Origin: an uncultured Acidimicrobiia bacterium
GTDB taxonomy: Bacteria; Actinomycetota; Acidimicrobiia; Spongiisociales; JAENVV01
Assembly: GCA_964614585.1 (NCBI GenBank)
Contig: CAZTLW010000001.1
Span: 4-64,003, forward strand
Direction of reading: 5' to 3'
Length of the DNA stretch: 64,000 nt
The notes beneath the pieces are model-generated. The model was not told where the DNA came from, ran no database searches, and saw only the letters and a program-made list of their open reading frames with translations. Positions 1 to 11,822 of this stretch are shown here, one piece after another. The first letter of the stretch is position 1, and every line of letters starts with the position of its first letter. The translations under genes were made by a program, and so were the position numbers.

Positions 1-1707
<1,707 letters not shown>

Positions 1708-1721
<14 letters not shown>

Positions 1722-2877
1722 CGGCGGCCTCCTCGATGAGGCGGGTGAAGTCGTCGAACAGCCCGACGGCGTCGTGGGGGCCGGGGGCGGCCTCGGGGTG
1801 GTACTGCACCCCGAAGGCGGGCACCTCGAGGCAGGCGAGGCCCTCGAGGGTGCCGTCGTTGAGGTTCTGGTGGGTGGCCACCGCCCGCCCGACGACCGTC
1901 TCGAGGTGGTCGGGGAACGGCCGGTCCCACGGATTGCCGGCCTCGGGCGCCGCCGGCATGGGCACCCCGAAGCTGCCGGGGTCGACCGCGAAGCCGTGGT
2001 TCTGGCTCGTGATGGCCACGGTGCCGTCGGCGATGCGCCGCACCGGGTGGTTGCCGCCGTGGTGGCCGAAGGGGAGCTTGAAGGTGGCGCCGCCGAGGGC
2101 GAGGCCGAGGACCTGGTGGCCGAGGCAGATGCCGAAGGTGGGCACCTCGCCCAGCAGTGCCCGCACGGTGGCGATGGGGCCCTCGAGTGGCTCGGGGTCC
2201 CCGGGTCCGTTGGAGATGAAGAAGCCGTCGGGGCCCAGTGCCCGCACGTCGTCGGCGGTCGCCGTGGCCGGCAGCACCTCGACGTCCCAGCCCCGGGCGG
2301 CCAGTTGGGTGGTGATGTCGCGCTTCATGCCGAGGTCGAGGGCGGCGACGAGTCCCCGCCGCTCGGCGGTGGCCTCGACCCGGTGCGACTGGGTCGTGCC
2401 CACCGCGGTCGCCAGGTCCTGTCCCTCCATGCGGGGGGCGTCGGCGGCGAGCCGCCGCAGTTCGGCCTCGTCCACGTCGGTACCGATGGCGATGGGTTGG
2501 GCGCCGTGGTCTCGGACGTGGCGGGTGAGCGCCCGGGTGTCGACGTCGGCGAGGGCGACGAGCCCGTGGTGCCGGAGCCATGCGGCGAGGTTGCCGGTGG
2601 CCCGCCAGTTCGAGTGCCGTCGGGCAAGCGCCCGGATGATCAGGCCCCGGGCGTGGGGGCCGGCGGCCTGGTCGTCGTCGGGGGTCGTGCCGTAGTTGCC
2701 CACGTGGGAAGCGGTGAGCACGACGACCTGGCCGGCGTAGGACGGGTCGGTGAGGATCTCCTGGTAGCCGGCCATGGCCGTGTTGAAGACGACCTCGCCG
2801 ACGGCGACGCCGCCGGCGCCCACCCCCCGTCCTCGGAAGACGGCGCCGTCGGCGGTGACGGCGATGGCGGTGCTCAT
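1708..2877 (-). CDS. carA: carbamoyl-phosphate synthase small subunit (glutamine amidotransferase) CarA
   Basis: ORF 1708..3057 contains [21 protein letters not shown]...[15 protein letters not shown]...FGVQYHPEA (CarA hallmarks). Internal ATG chosen at 2877-2875; the Arg-rich N-terminal extension was rejected. Confidence 0.9.
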
Positions 2878-4151
2878 GGGGCCTCCTCGTCGAGATGGGT
2901 GATGCGGCCGCCGAAGACGGTGGCGACGACCCGGCCGCCGAGCTCCCGCCCCACCCAGGGGGAGTTGGCGGACTTGGAGCGGAAGACCGGGCCGACCGTC
3001 CAGCGACGATCGGGACCGAACACGGTCAGGTGACCGATCCCGCCCTCGGCGGGCCACTGGCCGTGGGCGTCGAGTTGGGCGATGCGGGCGGGTCGCACGC
3101 TCAGGCGGTCGAAGAAGTCGACCGGTCCGAGCCCGACGTCGGTGTGGACGGCGGCCGCCGCGGTCTCGAGGCCGATCACCCCGCGGGGCGCCTCCTCGAA
3201 GGGGACGTCCTTCTCGTTCGCCGAGTGCGGGGCGTGGTCGGTGGCGACGGCGTCGATGGTGCCGTCGGCGAGGGCCTCGGCGAGCGCCGCCCGGTCGTCG
3301 GGCGTCCGCAGCGGCGGGTACATCTTGGCGACGCCGTCCATGGCCTCGACCAGCCCGTGGTCGAAGGCGAGGTGGTGGGGGGCGACCTCGGCGGTCACCG
3401 GGAGCCCCGCCGCCTTGGCCTCGGCGACGAGGCGCACGGTGCCGGCCGTGGAGACGTGTTGGACGTGGTAGCGACAGCCGGTCAGCTCGACGAGGCGGAG
3501 GTCGCGGGCGACCACCACCTCCTCGGCCACGGCCGGCAGCCCGCGCATGCCGAGGCGGGCCGAGACACTGCCCTCGTGCATGTGGCCGCCCCGCGCCAGG
3601 CCCGGGTCCTCGGCGTGTTGGGCGATGACGGCCCCGCGGTCGGCGAGGTACTCCATCGCCCGGCGGAGGACTCCCGCGTCGGCGACGGTGTCGCCGTCGT
3701 CGGAGAAGAGCCGCGCCCCGGCGGCCCAGAGCTCGTCGAGGTGGGCGAGTGCCTCACCGCGTCGGCCGAGGGTGATGGCGCCGGCGACGGCGACGTCGAC
3801 GAGGCCGACCTCCCGCCCCCTGGCGACGACGTGGCGGGCCACGTGGCCGGCGTCGATCGCCGGCTCGGTGTTCGGTTGGGCCACGACGGCGGTGAACCCG
3901 CCGGCGGCGGCCGCGTCCGACCCGGTGGCGACGTCCTCCTTCCACTCCTGGCCCGGTTCGCGCAGGTGGACGTGGAGGTCGACCAGTCCGGGGCCGATCC
4001 AGGCGCCGCGGCAGTCGATGGTGGCGTCGACCCCGTCTCGGGGCAGGTCGGGACCGATCCGTTCGATGACGCCGTCGACGACGAGGACATCGGCGGTGAT
4101 GGTGCCGTCGGCGCCGACGACGTCGCCGTCGGTGAGCAGGAGCCTGGTCAT
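2874..4151 (-). CDS. pyrC: dihydroorotase PyrC
   Basis: [12 protein letters not shown]...[10 protein letters not shown]...DHAPH motifs. ATG at 4151-4149; the upstream part of ORF 2874..4763 is a read-through artefact. Overlaps the pyrB stop (ATGA). Confidence 0.9.
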   Translation of the reverse strand: MTRLLLTDGDVVGADGTITADVLVVDGVIERIGPDLPRDGVDATIDCRGAWIGPGLVDLHVHLREPGQEWKEDVATGSDAAAAGGFTAVVAQPNTEPAIDAGHVARHVVARGREVGLVDVAVAGAITLGRRGEALAHLDELWAAGARLFSDDGDTVADAGVLRRAMEYLADRGAVIAQHAEDPGLARGGHMHEGSVSARLGMRGLPAVAEEVVVARDLRLVELTGCRYHVQHVSTAGTVRLVAEAKAAGLPVTAEVAPHHLAFDHGLVEAMDGVAKMYPPLRTPDDRAALAEALADGTIDAVATDHAPHSANEKDVPFEEAPRGVIGLETAAAAVHTDVGLGPVDFFDRLSVRPARIAQLDAHGQWPAEGGIGHLTVFGPDRRWTVGPVFRSKSANSPWVGRELGGRVVATVFGGRITHLDEEAP

Positions 4152-5059
4152 GGCGATCCCCCCAGCAGGTGGAAGAGGACCGCCATTCGGATGGCGACCC
4201 CGTTGCGGACTTGGGTCGTGACGAGTGAGCGGGGCCCGTCGGCCACGGACGGGTCGATCTCCACCCCACGGTTCATCGGCCCGGGGTGGAGCACGACGGC
4301 GTGGTCGGGAAGCCGGTCGCCTCGGGCCACCGTGAGGCCGTAGCGATCGATGTACTCCGCGACCGAGGGGAACACGTCGCCGCCGCCGCGTTCGGTCTGG
4401 ATCCGGAGCAGGTAGACGGCATCGAGGTCGGGGAGGATGGCGTCGAGGTCGTCGGTGACGTCGACCGGCCAGTCCTCGACCGTCGGGGGGAGCATCGTCC
4501 GAGGCCCCACCAGCGTCACCCGGGCCCCGAGGGTGGTGAAGGCGTCGATGTCCGATCGCGCCACCCGGCTGTGGCGGATGTCGCCGACGAGGGCGATCCG
4601 GAGCCCGGTGAGTTCGCCGAAGTGCTGGCGGAGGGTGAGGGCGTCGAGCAGGCCCTGGGTGGGGTGCTGGTGGGCCCCGTCGCCGGCGTTGACGGTGGGG
4701 ACGCCGGTCCACTCGGCGATGCGCCACGGCGCCCCCGTGGCGGTGTGGCGGACGACGAGGCACTCGGGGCCCATGGCGAGGAGGGTGAGGGCCGTGTCCT
4801 TGAGGCTCTCGCCCTTCGAGAGGGACGAGCCCGACGGCGAGAAGGCCATCGTGTCTGCCGACAACGCCCGAGCGGCCCGGTCGAACGAGAGCTTCGTGCG
4901 GGTGGACGGTTCGAAGAAGAGCATGGCGACGGTGCGGCCGCGCAGGGCGGGGACCTTGGGGATGGGTCGCTCGAGGACCTCGAGGAACTCGTCCGCCTGG
5001 TCGAGGAGCCCCGTCATCGTGGTCTCGCCGAGGTCGCGGAGCGACAGCAGGTGGTTCAC
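4148..5059 (-). CDS. pyrB: aspartate carbamoyltransferase catalytic subunit PyrB
   Basis: [10 protein letters not shown]...[12 protein letters not shown]...HPTQGLLD... Probable GTG start at 5059-5057, by analogy with MKHLLSIDDL-type N-termini. 4-nt overlap with the pyrR stop. Confidence 0.85.
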   Translation of the reverse strand: MNHLLSLRDLGETTMTGLLDQADEFLEVLERPIPKVPALRGRTVAMLFFEPSTRTKLSFDRAARALSADTMAFSPSGSSLSKGESLKDTALTLLAMGPECLVVRHTATGAPWRIAEWTGVPTVNAGDGAHQHPTQGLLDALTLRQHFGELTGLRIALVGDIRHSRVARSDIDAFTTLGARVTLVGPRTMLPPTVEDWPVDVTDDLDAILPDLDAVYLLRIQTERGGGDVFPSVAEYIDRYGLTVARGDRLPDHAVVLHPGPMNRGVEIDPSVADGPRSLVTTQVRNGVAIRMAVLFHLLGGSP

Positions 5060-5679
5060 GGTCGCTCCAGGAGCACGGCGTCGGCGCCGTCGACCTCGTC
5101 GACCTGGACGGTCACCCGCTCGCCCGAAGCGGTGGGCAGGTTCTTGCCGACGTAGTCGGCGCGGATGGGGAGTTGGCGGTGGCCGCGGTCGACGAGCACC
5201 GCCAGTTGGACGGCGGCCGGCCGGCCGAGGTCGGCCAGGGCGTCGAGGGCGGCCCGGATCGTGCGACCGGTGTAGAGGACGTCGTCGACGAGCACCACGG
5301 TGCGGCCGTCGAGGTCGACGGGGATGTCGGTGCGGGCGAGGACGGGGGTCGGGCGGGTGCCGAGGTCGTCCCGATAGGGGCCGATGTCGAGGGTCCCGAC
5401 CGGCACCTCGGTGCCGGTCACCTCGGCCAGGTCGGCGCCGAGGCGGCGGGCGAGCGGGACACCTCGGGTGTGGAGGCCGACGAGGACGACGTCGTCGACG
5501 CTGCGGCATCGCTCCACGATCTCGTGGGCGATCCGACGCAACGAACGCCGCACGTCGGCGGCGTCGAGGATGGTGGCGGTCACCGCTGACCGCCGTTCGT
5601 GTGTCGCATTCGGCTCCTTCCCGGCCTCACGGGACCGGCTTAAAGGGTTCGTCCCCGACCCTAGCGCCTCGGACGCCAA
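5056..5679 (-). CDS. pyrR: bifunctional pyr operon regulator / uracil phosphoribosyltransferase PyrR
   Basis: ...[21 protein letters not shown]...[17 protein letters not shown]...[20 protein letters not shown]...[24 protein letters not shown]. Start at ATG 5679; an alternative GTG at 5583 would give 176 aa. Mycobacterial PyrR also carries a ~20-aa N-terminal lead. Confidence 0.8.
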   Translation of the reverse strand: MASEALGSGTNPLSRSREAGKEPNATHERRSAVTATILDAADVRRSLRRIAHEIVERCRSVDDVVLVGLHTRGVPLARRLGADLAEVTGTEVPVGTLDIGPYRDDLGTRPTPVLARTDIPVDLDGRTVVLVDDVLYTGRTIRAALDALADLGRPAAVQLAVLVDRGHRQLPIRADYVGKNLPTASGERVTVQVDEVDGADAVLLERP

Positions 5680-5761
5680 CCCTGGGTTGTGAGCGTCGCC
5701 TTCCCGCCGACCCTGGGTTGTGAGCGTCGGATTCCGACGCTCACAGCCCTCGGTTGGCGCC
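5675..5761. repeat. intergenic palindromic repeat element, family 1 copy A (ccctgggttgtgagcgtcg arms; two direct copies plus one inverted copy around an attc loop)
   Basis: Direct inspection: aaccctgggttgtgagcgtcg (5679-5699), gaccctgggttgtgagcgtcgg (5709-5731), inverted ccgacgctcacagccctcggttgg (5735-5758). Outer arms cgccaacc/ggttggcg pair. The same element recurs at 32665-32752. Confidence 0.8.
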
Positions 5762-5790
5762 GACCGAGGATCGTTGGTCCCGCCCGATCG

Positions 5791-6177
5791 CTAGTGCGGC
5801 GGCGCCGGTCCGGATGTCCGTTCCGCCGCCACCGCCGAGAGGACCCCGTTGACGAACGGTGCGCTCTTCTCGGTCGAGTAGGCCGAGGCGAGGCGGGCCG
5901 CTTCCGAGAGCACCACACCCGGCGGCGTGTCCTCCCACAGCAGTTCGTAGACGCCCATGCGGAGGACGGTGAGGTCGACGACGGGCATGCGATCGGTCCG
6001 CCAATGGGCGGAGAGCCGGTTGAGCGTGGCGTCGATGTCGGCGAGGTGCTCGGTGACCCCGTGGACGATCCGCGCCGCCTTCCCGGTGAGGGGCCCCAGA
6101 TCGGGCTCCTCGAAGCCGCGCCGCTCGGCCTCGTAGAGGATCTGCAGCGCCCGGTCGCGTGGTTCGCCGTCGGTCAC
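5791..6177 (-). CDS. nusB: transcription antitermination factor NusB
   Basis: 128 aa, MTDGEPRDRALQILYEAERRG...NGVLSAV, NusB family. 4-nt overlap with the efp stop. Confidence 0.9.
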   Translation of the reverse strand: MTDGEPRDRALQILYEAERRGFEEPDLGPLTGKAARIVHGVTEHLADIDATLNRLSAHWRTDRMPVVDLTVLRMGVYELLWEDTPPGVVLSEAARLASAYSTEKSAPFVNGVLSAVAAERTSGPAPPH

Positions 6178-6731
6178 ACGCGGGTCATGTACTCGCCGGA
6201 ACGGGTGTCGACCTTGATGCGGTCGCCCTGCTCGACGAAGAGTGGGACCTGCACGACGAGGCCGGTCTCGGTGGTCACCGGTTTGGTGGCCCCCGACACC
6301 CGATCGCCCTTGACGGCCGGCTCGGCGTGGGCGACCTCCAACTCCACCGAGGTCGGGAGGTCGACGCCGATGGCGGTGCCCTCGAAGATCGTGATGGAGA
6401 CCGTGGCGCCCTCGAGCAGGTAGTCGGCAGCGTCACCGACCAGGTCCTCGGAGAGGGCGAACTGGCCGTAGTCGTCGAGGTTCATGAAGTGGAAGCCGAG
6501 GTCGTCGCGGAAGAGGTACTGGTGGTCGCGGGTCTCGACGATCGCCCGGGGCACGTCCTCCCCGGCCCGGAACGTCCGATCGAGCACCTGCCCGGTCTCG
6601 ATGTTCTTCAACTTGATCCGCACGAAGGCCTTGCCCTTGCCCGGCTTCACGTGCTCCTGCTGGACGACCGAGTACAGGCCGTCGGGCAGATTGAGCGCCA
6701 TCCCGGGGCGCACGTCATTGGTGGAGATCAT
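6174..6731 (-). CDS. efp: elongation factor P
   Basis: MISTNDVRPGMAL...KPGKGKAFVRIKLKN...VQVPLFVEQGDRIKVDTRSGEY. Internal ATG at 6731-6729; the 56-aa N-terminal extension of ORF 6174..6899 was rejected. Confidence 0.9.
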   Translation of the reverse strand: MISTNDVRPGMALNLPDGLYSVVQQEHVKPGKGKAFVRIKLKNIETGQVLDRTFRAGEDVPRAIVETRDHQYLFRDDLGFHFMNLDDYGQFALSEDLVGDAADYLLEGATVSITIFEGTAIGVDLPTSVELEVAHAEPAVKGDRVSGATKPVTTETGLVVQVPLFVEQGDRIKVDTRSGEYMTRV

Positions 6732-6780
6732 GGCCCGGCGAGGGTACCCGTCCGCCGGCGCTGCACCGCCCCGGAGCGCC

Positions 6781-6915
6781 GTTCTTGTGTCGTCCAGCCC
6801 TTCTCTCGAGGGCTGGACGACACAAGAACGGGCGTGGGCGGGCCTGTCACCGGCGTTCTGGTCGGGCGGGGCCATGCCTGGGACGGTTGAGCCCGACAAG
6901 AACGAGCGTGGGCGG
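6781..6915. repeat. intergenic palindromic repeat element, family 2 (20-bp perfect hairpin plus partial second copy)
   Basis: gttcttgtgtcgtccagccc (6781-6800) pairs perfectly with gggctggacgacacaagaac (6810-6829); loop ttctctcga. The right-arm motif gacaagaacg(a/g)gcgtgggcggg recurs at 6894-6915 and a related copy sits at 43660-43720. Lies downstream of the aroB stop, so it may also act as a terminator. Confidence 0.75.
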
Positions 6916-6918
6916 GGT

Positions 6919-7935
6919 CTACGCGAGGACGGCGGCGATACCCGCCCGGACGTCGTCGAGGTCGACGACCTCGACGACCGGCCGTTGGTAGGCCTCGAGG
7001 AGCACCATGCGAATCCCCGCCGCGGTGCGCTTCTTGTCGAGGCCGACGAGCTCGAGCACCTCCTCGGGGTCGAGGCCCCCGACCGCGATGGGCAGTCCCA
7101 CGACCTCGAGCGTCGACCGGTGCTCGTTGCTCGGGTCGAAGCCGGTGCGGCGCGCCCCGACGGCAGCGGCCGCGACCATCCCGACGGCCACGGCCTCGCC
7201 GTGGCTCAGTCCCGCCAGTCGCTCGATCGCATGGCCGATGGTGTGCCCGTAGTTGAGGATCGCCCGCCGTCCCGCCTCCCGCTCGTCCTCTCCCACCACG
7301 GCCACCTTCACGGCCACGGCGCGCTCGACGACCTCCCGCAGGGGGGCACCGAGACCGTCCCGGGACACCATCGCCTGCAACTCGGCATCGGCGAGGTAGC
7401 CCACCTTGAGCGCCTCGGCCATGCCCTCTCGGCGCAGGTGGGCGGGGAGCGTCTCGAGCACCGACACGTCGATGGCGACCCGGGCGGGCTGCCAGAACGA
7501 GCCCACGAGGTTCTTGCCGGCCACGTTGATCCCGGTCTTGCCGCCGATGGCCGCGTCGACGGCGGCCAGCAGCGTCGTGGGGACGTGGACCACCTCCACG
7601 CCCCGCATCCAGGTGGCGGCCGCGAACCCGGCCAGGTCCGTCACCGCTCCCCCGCCGACGCCGACCACCGTGTCACCGCGTCCCAGGCCGATGTCGGCGA
7701 ACCAGGCCCAGACGTCGGCCAGCGCCTCGGGCGTCTTGGCGGCATCGCGGTCGGGCAGCACCCGGACGTCGACGGGCAGGTCGACGCGTCGGACGACCCG
7801 GTCGGCGATGTCCGAGGCGCCGGGCTGGGTGAGGACTGCGACCCGTCGGCGGCCCTCCCGTGGTGGGAGCACCTGGGGAAGCACGTCGTCGACGAGGACG
7901 TTGCCGCCGCCGGGCAGGGTCAGCGCGGTCGACAC
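6919..7935 (-). CDS. aroB: 3-dehydroquinate synthase AroB
   Basis: ...GGGAVTDLAGFAAATWMRGV...AIGGKTGIN...NYGHTIGHAIE. GTG start at 7935-7933 (VSTALTLPGGGNVLV); the Arg/Pro-rich 67-aa N-terminal extension was rejected. Confidence 0.85.
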   Translation of the reverse strand: MSTALTLPGGGNVLVDDVLPQVLPPREGRRRVAVLTQPGASDIADRVVRRVDLPVDVRVLPDRDAAKTPEALADVWAWFADIGLGRGDTVVGVGGGAVTDLAGFAAATWMRGVEVVHVPTTLLAAVDAAIGGKTGINVAGKNLVGSFWQPARVAIDVSVLETLPAHLRREGMAEALKVGYLADAELQAMVSRDGLGAPLREVVERAVAVKVAVVGEDEREAGRRAILNYGHTIGHAIERLAGLSHGEAVAVGMVAAAAVGARRTGFDPSNEHRSTLEVVGLPIAVGGLDPEEVLELVGLDKKRTAAGIRMVLLEAYQRPVVEVVDLDDVRAGIAAVLA

Positions 7936-8426
7936 AGCTCGATCACCTCGCCGGCGATGTCCGCCGGTTCCCGGCCCGTCGTGGTCACCCGGTGGTGGGC
8001 GGCGGCCTCGTAGAGCGGGGCCCGGCGGGCGAGGAGGTCGCCGAGACTGCCCTCGACGTCGTCGTCGGCCAGCAGCGGGCGTCCCTCGCCGGCACCCACC
8101 CGGTCGGCGAGGTCGCCGGTGGCGGCGGTGAGCCACACGACATCGCCGGAGGCCCGCATGTGCTCGACGGAGGCCGGGTCGAGGACGACGCCGCCGCCGG
8201 TGGAGACCACGACGTCCCCCCCGTCGGCCGCGAGCTCGGCCACCACGGCCGCCTCGAACAACCGGAACGTGGGCTCCCCGACGGTCTCGAAGAGGCGGTT
8301 GATCGACGAGTCCGATCGGCGTTCGATCTCGGCATCGGTGTCCACGTGGCGGAGGCCGGTGGCGGCGGCGACGGCCTCACCGACGGCCGACTTGCCCACC
8401 CCCATCATCCCGACCAGCCAGATCAT
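7920..8426 (-). CDS. aroK: shikimate kinase AroK
   Basis: MIWLVGMMGVGKSAVGEAV (P-loop) ...VVSTGGGVV. 168 aa at the C-terminal end of ORF 7920..9677. Its ATG overlaps the aroC stop by 1 nt. Confidence 0.85.
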   Translation of the reverse strand: MIWLVGMMGVGKSAVGEAVAAATGLRHVDTDAEIERRSDSSINRLFETVGEPTFRLFEAAVVAELAADGGDVVVSTGGGVVLDPASVEHMRASGDVVWLTAATGDLADRVGAGEGRPLLADDDVEGSLGDLLARRAPLYEAAAHHRVTTTGREPADIAGEVIELCRPR

Positions 8427-9580
8427 CAGAACGCAGCGACCCGGGCCCGGTACCGATCGACGGCGGCGACCACGTCGTCGACGGTGTCGCCGCCGAACAT
8501 CCGCAGGACCTCGTCGGCCAAGGTGATGGCAACGACCTGCTCGGCCACGACGCCCGCCCGGGGCACCGCGCAGACGTCGCTGCGCTCCCGGAAGGCGACG
8601 TCCGGTTCCTTCGTCGCCACGTCGACGGTGCGCAACGGACGCATGACGGTGGAGATCGGCTTCATGGCCGCCCGCACCCGCAGGGGCTCCCCGGTGGTCA
8701 TGCCGCCCTCGGTGCCGCCCGACCGGTTGGTGGCCCGGGCGAACCCGTCGCCGTCGGGGAGGATCTCGTCGTGGGCCGCCGACCCGCGCCGGCGCGCCGT
8801 CTCGAAGCCGTCGCCGATCTCGACCCCCTTGATGGCCTGGATCGACATGAGGGCGGCCGCGAGGCGGGCGTCGATCTTGCGGTCCCAGTGCACGTGGCTG
8901 CCGAGACCGGGCGGCAGGCCGTGGACGACCACCTCCACGACACCGCCCAACGTGTCGCGATCGGCCTTGGCGGCGTCGATTGCCGCCACCATCGCCGCCG
9001 AGGAGTCGGGGTCGAGGCACCGCACCGGGTCGTCGTCGATCGCGTCCTGACTTCCCCGCTCGGGCACCAGTTCGCCGGGTGCGGTCACGTCGCCGATGGC
9101 GACGACATGGCCGAGGATCTCGACGTCGATCGCGGCGAGCAGTTGGCGGGCGATGAGGCCGACCACCGTTCGGGCGGCGGTCTCGCGGGCCGACGCCCGC
9201 TCGAGGATGTCCCGGGCGTCGTGGGTGTCGTACTTCTGCATCCCGACGAGGTCGGCATGGCCGGGACGGGGTGCCGTCAGGGTCCGGCGGGCCTCGCCGC
9301 CGGGATGGGGGGACATGTCCTGCTCCCAGCGCGGCCACTCGGTGTTGCGGACCAGGACGGCCACCGGGGAGCCCAGCGTGCGGCCGAAGCGGACCCCACC
9401 GAGGATCTCCAACTCGTCGCGTTCGAGCTTCATCCGGTTGCCGCGACCGTGGCCGAGGCGCCGCCGGGCCAGTTGGTGGGCGAGGCCGTCGACGGTCACC
9501 TCGAGACCGGCAGGGACGCCCTCGACGATGGCGACGAGTCCGGGCCCGTGCGATTCGCCGGCGGTGAGGTAGCGAAGCAT
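8426..9580 (-). CDS. aroC: chorismate synthase AroC
   Basis: 384 aa, MLRYLTAGESHGPGLVAIVEGVPAGL...GRSSARETA-like motifs. aroC-aroK-aroB order as in actinobacteria. Confidence 0.92.
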   Translation of the reverse strand: MLRYLTAGESHGPGLVAIVEGVPAGLEVTVDGLAHQLARRRLGHGRGNRMKLERDELEILGGVRFGRTLGSPVAVLVRNTEWPRWEQDMSPHPGGEARRTLTAPRPGHADLVGMQKYDTHDARDILERASARETAARTVVGLIARQLLAAIDVEILGHVVAIGDVTAPGELVPERGSQDAIDDDPVRCLDPDSSAAMVAAIDAAKADRDTLGGVVEVVVHGLPPGLGSHVHWDRKIDARLAAALMSIQAIKGVEIGDGFETARRRGSAAHDEILPDGDGFARATNRSGGTEGGMTTGEPLRVRAAMKPISTVMRPLRTVDVATKEPDVAFRERSDVCAVPRAGVVAEQVVAITLADEVLRMFGGDTVDDVVAAVDRYRARVAAF

Positions 9581-9642
9581 CCGCCGCAGGATAGGGGCCG
9601 GGTCGCACCTGCCCCGGGCTCGACGCGTACGCTGGCCGGGCC

Positions 9643-10998
9643 ATGGCCCACACCGTCGAGGACCTCCCGGCCGCCAAGCAGGCGGCCTATGCCATCGGCC
9701 AGCTCGGCTGGTCGACCCTCATCAACATCGTCGGCGTCTCGCTCGTCTACTTCTACCTGCCCCCTGAGGCGGCCGGACTCCCCCAACTGATCACCGGGGT
9801 GACGTTCCTCGGCGTGCTCAATGCGATCACGCTCATCGCCGCCTCCGGCCGGCTCCTCGACGCCGTCACCGACCCATGGATCGCCGGGCTCAGCGACCGG
9901 TCGACGAACCCACGCGGCCGTCGGATCCCGTTCATGGCCCGGGGCGCCCTGCCCGCCGCGGTGTTCCTGGTGCTCATGTTCACCCCACCGGTCGGCGAGG
10001 TGTCGGGCTGGAACATCGTGTGGCTCGTGGTCGTCCAGGCCGCGTTCTACGTCTCGCTGACCGTCTACGTGACGCCGTTCTTCGCCCTGCTGCCCGAGAT
10101 GGGCCACACCCCCGAGCAGCGCCTCAACCTCAGCACGTGGATCTCCATCACGTTCGCCCTGGGCATCATCCTCGCCGGGCTGGTGCCGGCGATCGCCGAC
10201 GCGGTGGGCACCGGGCTGGGACTCGAACCCCTGCGGGCGTTCCAGGTGGCGATCGGGGGGTTGGCGCTGCTGGCCGTCATCTGCATGTTCGTCCCGGTGC
10301 TGGCCATCGACGAGCGCCGCTACTCCACCGGCCGACCGAGCACGGTCCCGCTGCTGGAGGCCATCCGGGCGACCTTCGCCAACCTGCAGTTCCGCCGGTT
10401 CATCGTCTCGGACTTCGCCTACTTCACCGGGCTCACGATCGTGCAGACCGGTCTCCTGTTCTACGTCACCGTGCTGCTGGGCCAGGAGGAGGCGCTGGTG
10501 GCCACCCTGCTGGCGCTGTTGGTCATCGTGTCGTTCGTCTTCTATCCGATCGTCAACCTCCTCGCCCGCCGAACCGGCAAGAAGCCGCTCATGGTCGGGG
10601 CCTTCGTCTGGATGTCACTCGTCTTTCTCGCCGTCCCCCTGCTGGGCGCCGAGGCGGTCCCGGCCCTCGCCCAGGCCTACCTGTTGGTCCTGCTGCTCTC
10701 GGTGCCCCTGGCCTTCCTCGGGGTGTTGCCCAACGCGGTGCTCGCCGACATCGCCGAGTTCGACGCCAACGAGACGGGCGAGCCCCGGGAGGGCATGTTC
10801 TTCGCGTCCCGCACCCTCATGCAGAAGTTCGGCCAGACGTTCGGGGTGATGAGTTTCGCCATGCTCACCAGCCTCGGTCGCGACGTCGGCGACGACCTGG
10901 GCATCCGCCTGTCGGGCGTCGTCGGCTTCGCCCTGTGCGCCGTCGCCGCCGTGGTCTTCGCCCGCTACGACGAGGCGACGACGACGGCTCGGTCATGA
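9643..10998 (+). CDS. MFS transporter, GPH (glycoside-pentoside-hexuronide:cation symporter)-like
   Basis: 451 aa, ~12 predicted TM segments, MelB-like N-terminus ([16 protein letters not shown]...). Divergent from aroC across a 62-bp intergenic region. Confidence 0.75.
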   Translation: MAHTVEDLPAAKQAAYAIGQLGWSTLINIVGVSLVYFYLPPEAAGLPQLITGVTFLGVLNAITLIAASGRLLDAVTDPWIAGLSDRSTNPRGRRIPFMARGALPAAVFLVLMFTPPVGEVSGWNIVWLVVVQAAFYVSLTVYVTPFFALLPEMGHTPEQRLNLSTWISITFALGIILAGLVPAIADAVGTGLGLEPLRAFQVAIGGLALLAVICMFVPVLAIDERRYSTGRPSTVPLLEAIRATFANLQFRRFIVSDFAYFTGLTIVQTGLLFYVTVLLGQEEALVATLLALLVIVSFVFYPIVNLLARRTGKKPLMVGAFVWMSLVFLAVPLLGAEAVPALAQAYLLVLLLSVPLAFLGVLPNAVLADIAEFDANETGEPREGMFFASRTLMQKFGQTFGVMSFAMLTSLGRDVGDDLGIRLSGVVGFALCAVAAVVFARYDEATTTARS

Positions 10999-11750
10999 CC
11001 GAGCTCCTCGACCCCCTGGCCGCCGGGTTCCGCCTCGACGGCGACCGCAACGAGGCGGTGGTGCTGCTCCATGGCTTCACCGGCGTGCCCGCCCACTTCC
11101 GGCCGCTGGCGGGCGACCTGCACGAGGCCGGGTACACGGTGATCGTGCCCAGGCTCGCCGGCCACGGCACGTCGATGGAGGACATGGACCGCACCGGCGC
11201 CGACGACTGGATCGAGAGCGCCACCGCCGCCTACGAGGAGGCGGCGGCCGACAAGGCCCTCGTCCACCTCGGCGGCCTCTCGATGGGCGGCCTCATCTCC
11301 ATCCTGCTCGCCGCCCGGCTGCCGGTGGCGTCCGTGACGACCATCGACAGCCCGGTCGTCGTGCGCGATCCGCGCAGCTACGTGGCGCCCCTGTTCGCCC
11401 GGTGGATGCCCGAGATCCGCTGGGAGGAGGAGCAACTCGACCTCGACCCCGAGGTGGAGCCCTATTGGCTGACCTACCCGGGCTTTCCGACCCGCCGGCT
11501 CGGCGATCTCAATCGCATCATCGGCCGAGCGCTCCTGGCCGCCCGCCGGGTGGACGTCCCCGCCCTCGTCATCCAGTCGAGGACCGACGAGACGGTGGCC
11601 TCGATCAGCGCCCGCATCCTCGCCAACGCCTTCACCGGTGACACCCGCCTCGTCTGGCTCGAACGGTCCATGCACAACGCCCTGCTGGACCGGGAACGGG
11701 ACGTGATCTCGGCGGCCGTCCGATCCCACCTGGCGGACGCCGCTCCATGA
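10995..11750 (+). CDS. alpha/beta hydrolase (carboxylesterase / lysophospholipase-like)
   Basis: [12 protein letters not shown]...VVLLHGFTG...HLGGLSMGG (GxSxG nucleophile elbow). Its ATG overlaps the MFS stop (ATGA). It is the C-terminal part of ORF 9876..11750, whose N-terminal region is an out-of-frame artefact. Confidence 0.8.
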   Translation: MTELLDPLAAGFRLDGDRNEAVVLLHGFTGVPAHFRPLAGDLHEAGYTVIVPRLAGHGTSMEDMDRTGADDWIESATAAYEEAAADKALVHLGGLSMGGLISILLAARLPVASVTTIDSPVVVRDPRSYVAPLFARWMPEIRWEEEQLDLDPEVEPYWLTYPGFPTRRLGDLNRIIGRALLAARRVDVPALVIQSRTDETVASISARILANAFTGDTRLVWLERSMHNALLDRERDVISAAVRSHLADAAP

Positions 11751-11777
11751 CCGAGGCCCCGGGGCATCGCCCCGGGG
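11749..11777. terminator. bidirectional intrinsic terminator-like hairpin between convergent genes
   Basis: gaggccccgggg-catcg-ccccggggcctc: 12-bp GC stem with a 5-nt loop, immediately after the hydrolase stop. A second hairpin ggccgg-tgaag-ccggcc follows at ~11804-11820. Confidence 0.6.
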
Positions 11778-11822
11778 CCTCGTCTCGATACTCGGTACTC
11801 GGTACGGCCGGTGAAGCCGGCC

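Noticed and set aside
4437-5723. 428-aa plus-strand ORF ending in PTLGCERR
   Set aside because: Antisense to pyrB/pyrR. Its conserved C-terminal peptide is simply the translated family-1 DNA repeat.
6484-8013. 509-aa plus-strand ORF containing PSLEGWTTQERAW
   Set aside because: Antisense to aroB/aroK. The peptide motif arises from the family-2 nucleotide repeat, not protein conservation.
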